Shown in pieces: positions 59,881 to 64,000 of a stretch of 64,000 nucleotides of DNA. A model generated the notes under the pieces. It did not search any database. It worked only from the letters and a program-made list of their open reading frames with translations, and was not told the origin of the DNA. A program made the position numbers and the translations under genes. Position 1 is the first letter of the stretch. Each line of letters starts with the position of its first letter. The stretch comes from Nemertoderma westbladi (lineage: Eukaryota; Animalia; Xenacoelomorpha), in the NCBI GenBank assembly GCA_032718475.1, contig JAUCBJ010002551.1:20160-84159 (forward strand), written 5' to 3'.

Positions 59881-61788
59881 TATAGAATTATATTCCCTAA
59901 ATGCCGTGGATTTTCAAAATTTTATTTTATTCGGATTAACTTTGTAAAAGATTACTTTGAGTTCTCATTCGTATTGGTTCCATCATTTGTGCATCTATCG
60001 GTCAAGTGGTTCAGTAGCTCAGTTGGTAGAGCGTTGGAAATTATATGTGTAGTAGGTATCGAGTTCGAATCCTAGTAAGTGCGAATTATTTTTTGTGCAG
60101 AATTTCAACTCATTTAAATTAACCGCTACAAATTAATTGCATTTATCTGTACCAATGAGACTGTAGTTATTTGATTGTAACCAATGTCGTGCAAGTTATA
60201 TATTAGCTGGACCAATAGCTATCTTTAAAACCTTGTTAGAACCCATAGAACAATCGAGAATTTTCTCGATTGATTGCGGCACAAATTTAGTATAAAAAGG
60301 TGCGATTTGTTCATTAGTTATTCACTCTACTTCACAGATTATATTCACATTATTATTCTGTCGTGCTTAGTTTATTCTCAGATTACATTGTATTATAATT
60401 GTATCTTCTGTAATAAAGTCAGAATATTCTCTCAGCTTTCTACCTGTTTTACCATGGATTCACTACGGTGAACAAACTCAGGGACAGGATGGCCGGCTAG
60501 AGATCGGGCCGCAGCAATGAACGGGAACATCACGGGAATGTAGACGAGAGACAACCCGCAATACCATCTAGAGTTATTCGCCCATCGCCTGAAATGTTAG
60601 ACAGCGTTCGATCCTTGCTACCTAAGTGTAAGACCAAAAGATCAAAAGGTAGACGTAGTGACACGCTGTAAGCCTAAAATTACATCATAGGGACTGTACT
60701 GTCTTGATTCAGGAAAACCCACAGTAGACCTTCACATTCCTACGGGGGAGGGAGAGAGAGCAGATACTAGTACGCAGATAGGACGTAGGCACACCGGTAC
60801 AAGGCATACACATTGGTTAGGGTGCAGCAAACTGTACGCTTAACTCTTGCTAAGTACAGGTGTGTGTGCGACTATTTGCAGTACGACAGTGTCCATTACA
60901 TCAGAACTTGTAGGCTAAGGGGTTGCTGTGTTTTCACCTGAATTGGGATTGTACCGTTCAGGCGGTAGGGCAGTTTACGCTAGGCGCAAATAAATTGAGG
61001 CTATCAGGGATATACTAACATCTACCGTGTCCCCGCCAACGCCCTAATAGGAAGTTACCCGGACTACCTGGGTGACTAAAATTCTAGATAGGAGCCAGGA
61101 TAGCTATTAGTACCCGTACGCCTACAGTAGTAAACTAATACATCTCTTCTTAGTATCAGGGACCTGGTACCTAAAATTGCCGAATTCTGGGCGTAGTATT
61201 AACCTTATGCCTGAATTTGAGTCCTGGAAATACGCAAGAAGGGAAGGAACCTTATCATTCGTGAGTATTGGACCTACAAGTTACAAAATTAGAATATTCG
61301 TAAAATGCATACCGTACCCAGTAATTATATATGTGAAGGAGCAAAACTGTTTTGACCGTTCAGAATTAACACACGCGCGTTAGAAATTATTTACACCTCA
61401 AAATATATAAAATTAACTTTTGTCCGTACTGTGCTTTGCCCGCTAGTTAGACATCTCCAAATATCTGCCTCTGTACCTAGCTAGCGTCCCTTTGCCAACC
61501 ATATAAATCACACCGCGGCAAAGTATACGAGCCCCTTAGTCCGTCAGTGAGTCAGCCTGATTTTAGGATTCGCTGCGCGGGATTTTGTTTTATCGAAGTT
61601 TGTCTGCTCGTAGACTGTTTTCTGCCTCACCGGTTATAAGAGATCGATACTGCAATATATTCGCTTACTTAGAGTTTACTGTTTTGGTGAGAAGGTCGGA
61701 TTTATGATTTGATTTACAAACTTTACAGTAGGATATTGCAGGTATTGTTACCGTCTTTTCGCATAGTAGGAATAGACGTATCTCTTCA
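59881..61788 (+). repeat. 3' LTR of BEL element 2
   Basis: Starts TATAGAATT after CATGGAGCGG, ends TCTCTTCA, followed by TATATA. Confidence 0.93.
60008..60094 (+). ncRNA. tRNA-like Pol III unit in the 3' LTR
   Basis: A box TAGCTCAGTTGG, B box GAGTTCGAATCC, T6 terminator; copy of 45465-45551. Confidence 0.65.
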
Positions 61789-61790
61789 TA

Positions 61791-62800
61791 TATACAGTGT
61801 TGTAGAAACCACTGAGACCCCGTAATTCCTGGCCCAGGCTGTTAATTAATAATAATAAATGAATTGTTGTGGGGTGAGTGACGGTGAATTAAATATATAA
61901 TGTAGATAGGACAATATGATAATGCTCTCCATAGCGAAAAAGATCAACCGGCCCTATTGGGGCTCGAATCCGGTACCTAGGTTTCAAACTTCTGGTTATC
62001 ATCAGCCGGGTGACTGTACTGAGCTACCAGACCGGATGAATATTTCGCTGTGGAGTGGGAGATCATATTTAGGCCAACTAATCACTCAAAGGAAAGTACA
62101 AGTTCGTTATTCCCGTGCTCTGCCAGAAATGGCAACCATGCCTCAAAGAATAACTATTATACAGTGTTGTAGAAACCACTGAGACCCCGTAATGCCTGGC
62201 CCAGGCTGTTAATTAATAATAATAAATGAATTGTTGTGGGGTGAGTGACGGTGAATTAAATATATAATGTAGATAGGACAATATGATAATGCTCTCCATA
62301 GCGAAAAATATCAACCGGCCCTATTGGGGCTCGAACCCGGTACCTAGGTTTCAAACTTCTGGTTATCATCAGCCAGGTGACTGTACTGAGCTACCAGACC
62401 GGATGAATATTTCGCTGTGGAGTGGGAGATCATATTTAGGCCAACTAATCACTCAAAGGAAAGTACAAGTTCGTTATTCCCGTGCTCTGCCAGAAATGGC
62501 AACCATGCCTCAAAGAATAACTATTATACAGTGTTGTAGAAACCACTGAGACCCCGTAATGCCTGGCCCAGGCTGTTAATTAATAATAATAAATGAATTG
62601 TTGTGGGGTGAGTGACGGTGAATTAAATATATAATGTAGATAGGACAATATGATAATGCTCTCCATAGCGAAAAATATCAACCGGCCCTATTGGGGCTCG
62701 AACCCGGTACCTAGGTTTCAAACTTCTGGTTATCATCAGCCGGGTGACTGTACTGAGCTACCAGACCGGATGAATATTTCGCTGTGGAGTGGGAGATCAT
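61791..62800. repeat. 367-bp tandem repeat (~2.75 copies), each with a minus-strand tRNA-like unit
   Basis: Near-identical units, with matching landmarks at 61916, 62283 and 62650. The minus strand reads GGTCTGGTAGCTCAGT...GGGTTCGAGCCCC...TTTTT at ~61937-62035, 62304-62402 and 62671-62769. Confidence 0.92.
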
Positions 62801-62804
62801 AATA

Positions 62805-64000
62805 TTTATAGATTTAGATAGATTTATTTATACATTATGTAAAAACAATAACAAATACACCAAACAATGTACCGGTATAAAGGTATTGTCCAACATAACA
62901 TATAGGATTACCCCTAAAGCTTTGCAGCTTATTTCCAAGGGGGTCCTTTATGTTACTTGGTTACAAATACAATATTACACTACACTAACCTAAAACCAAT
63001 ATAAAACGTAATTACACTAACTATGTACATGTACAACTTTACCGAGAGCGTGACAATGTCCGACTCACCGATAAAGATGTAATGTACAGAACAATTTAAT
63101 ATAAAACGTAATTACAGTATAAATAGTAAATAATTAATAAACTAATAACTTACTGTAGGACTATTGTACCTATTTTTACATTGCACACGGAGATGAGATT
63201 TAACTACAGATTTAAAAGAATGTTGATTATTTAGGTTTTTAATTTCATTAGGCAGAGCGTTCCAATTTTTTATGCCGTTAAAAAAGAAAGTATCAGATTC
63301 AAAGGATTTACAATTCGGGAGGTAGAAGTTTGAAGCACTAGCTCTGGTACTATAAGAGTGTGTATCGCGTACTCTGTTGAATTTTTGTTTTAGGTAATTG
63401 GGACATTTACCATTATACACTTTATGCACATGGTTAAGGCGTAGCTGCTTAACTCTACTATCTAAGTTAAGTAGTCCAGATTCAGAAAAGTCATCTGGAG
63501 TTAGGTGGTGCCTAGGTTTGTAGTCTTTAATAAATCGTACTACTTTATTCTGAGCTACTTGTAATTTACATTTAAGCTGTTTGGTTAAGCCTTCATACCA
63601 AGAAGAGCACGCATAGTCCATGTGACACTGTATTAAAGAAGAGCAAAGTAACTTGCGGGAGTCGGTGTTCAAACTATTTTTATTTCTGTATAGAAACCTA
63701 AGCCTACTGTTAACTTTCGAGAAAATATTTTTCACTGTACTTTCTCCTGATAAGCAGTTATCCAATGTGGCGCCTAAATATTTAACTTCCTTTTTATTTT
63801 CAATCTTATGTCCATTACTAGTGACTTCAAACTTAGTTACCTTCTTTAACTTTCTTTTGGAACCAAACAAAATACTTTCAGTTTTACCGTAGTGAATGGA
63901 TAGCTTATTATCAACCAACCACTCATTACAGGATTCTAGAACTGCACTTAACTTTTGGGAAATATGGATAGGATCTTTATGAGAGAAAATAAGAGCACTG
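62805..64000 (-). mobile_element. 3' part of a CR1/L2-group LINE; continues beyond the window
   Basis: ORF 63142-63918 has NKLSIHYGKTESILF, VKYLGATLD, HMDYACSSW, HSYSTR, WNALP. Followed by a 3' UTR with AATAAA and a short ATCTAA-like tail. Confidence 0.88.

Larger units (their letters stand above)
45338..61788 (+). mobile_element. Near full-length BEL/Pao LTR retrotransposon 2 (~16.4 kb)
   Basis: Two ~1.9-kb highly similar LTRs, TATATA on both flanks (probable TSD; exact edge ambiguous in the TA run), gag-pol with BEL motifs, an accessory ORF, and purine tract GGAGCGG before the 3' LTR. Confidence 0.93.

Noticed and set aside
61916-62549. Duplicated 88-aa ORFs
   Set aside because: They arise from the 367-bp tandem repeat, lie antisense to the tRNA-like unit and show no protein motifs.

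Overview
Eukaryotic (invertebrate-animal-like), repeat-dense window with no prokaryotic features. Positions 1-~16170 are a 57-bp satellite with kb-scale internal duplications. Two GT-AG exons of a host trypsin-like serine protease follow (17340-17511, 17645-17790, + strand). The remaining ~46 kb is nested transposable elements. (1) A Ty3/Gypsy-like LTR element at 19049-23874 has 119-bp TATA...TATA LTRs, a -1 frameshift signal, a MITE in its integrase and an atypical PBS matching the 5' end of a tRNA-Lys-type tRNA. (2) A decayed minus-strand BEL/Pao element (~23875-41445) carries an accessory ORF with a WRN/RNase D-like DEDDy 3'-5' exonuclease plus CCHC knuckles. It is interrupted by a CRE-like RLE non-LTR element, whose RT contains a ~1.5-kb in-frame minisatellite, and by an RTE-like LINE. 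(3) A foldback element sits inside an old LINE remnant. (4) A near-complete 16.4-kb BEL/Pao element (~45338-61788) has ~1.9-kb LTRs that each hold a tRNA-like Pol III unit, an accessory triple-zinc-knuckle ORF, and eight dispersed copies of a quasi-palindromic motif. (5) A 367-bp tandem repeat with a tRNA-like unit and a CR1/L2-like LINE end close the window. The strongest candidate for a new system is the accessory module of the two BEL elements (exonuclease/zinc-knuckle ORF3, repeated RNA motif, Pol III unit in the LTR). All family assignments come from reading motifs by eye, not from database searches.
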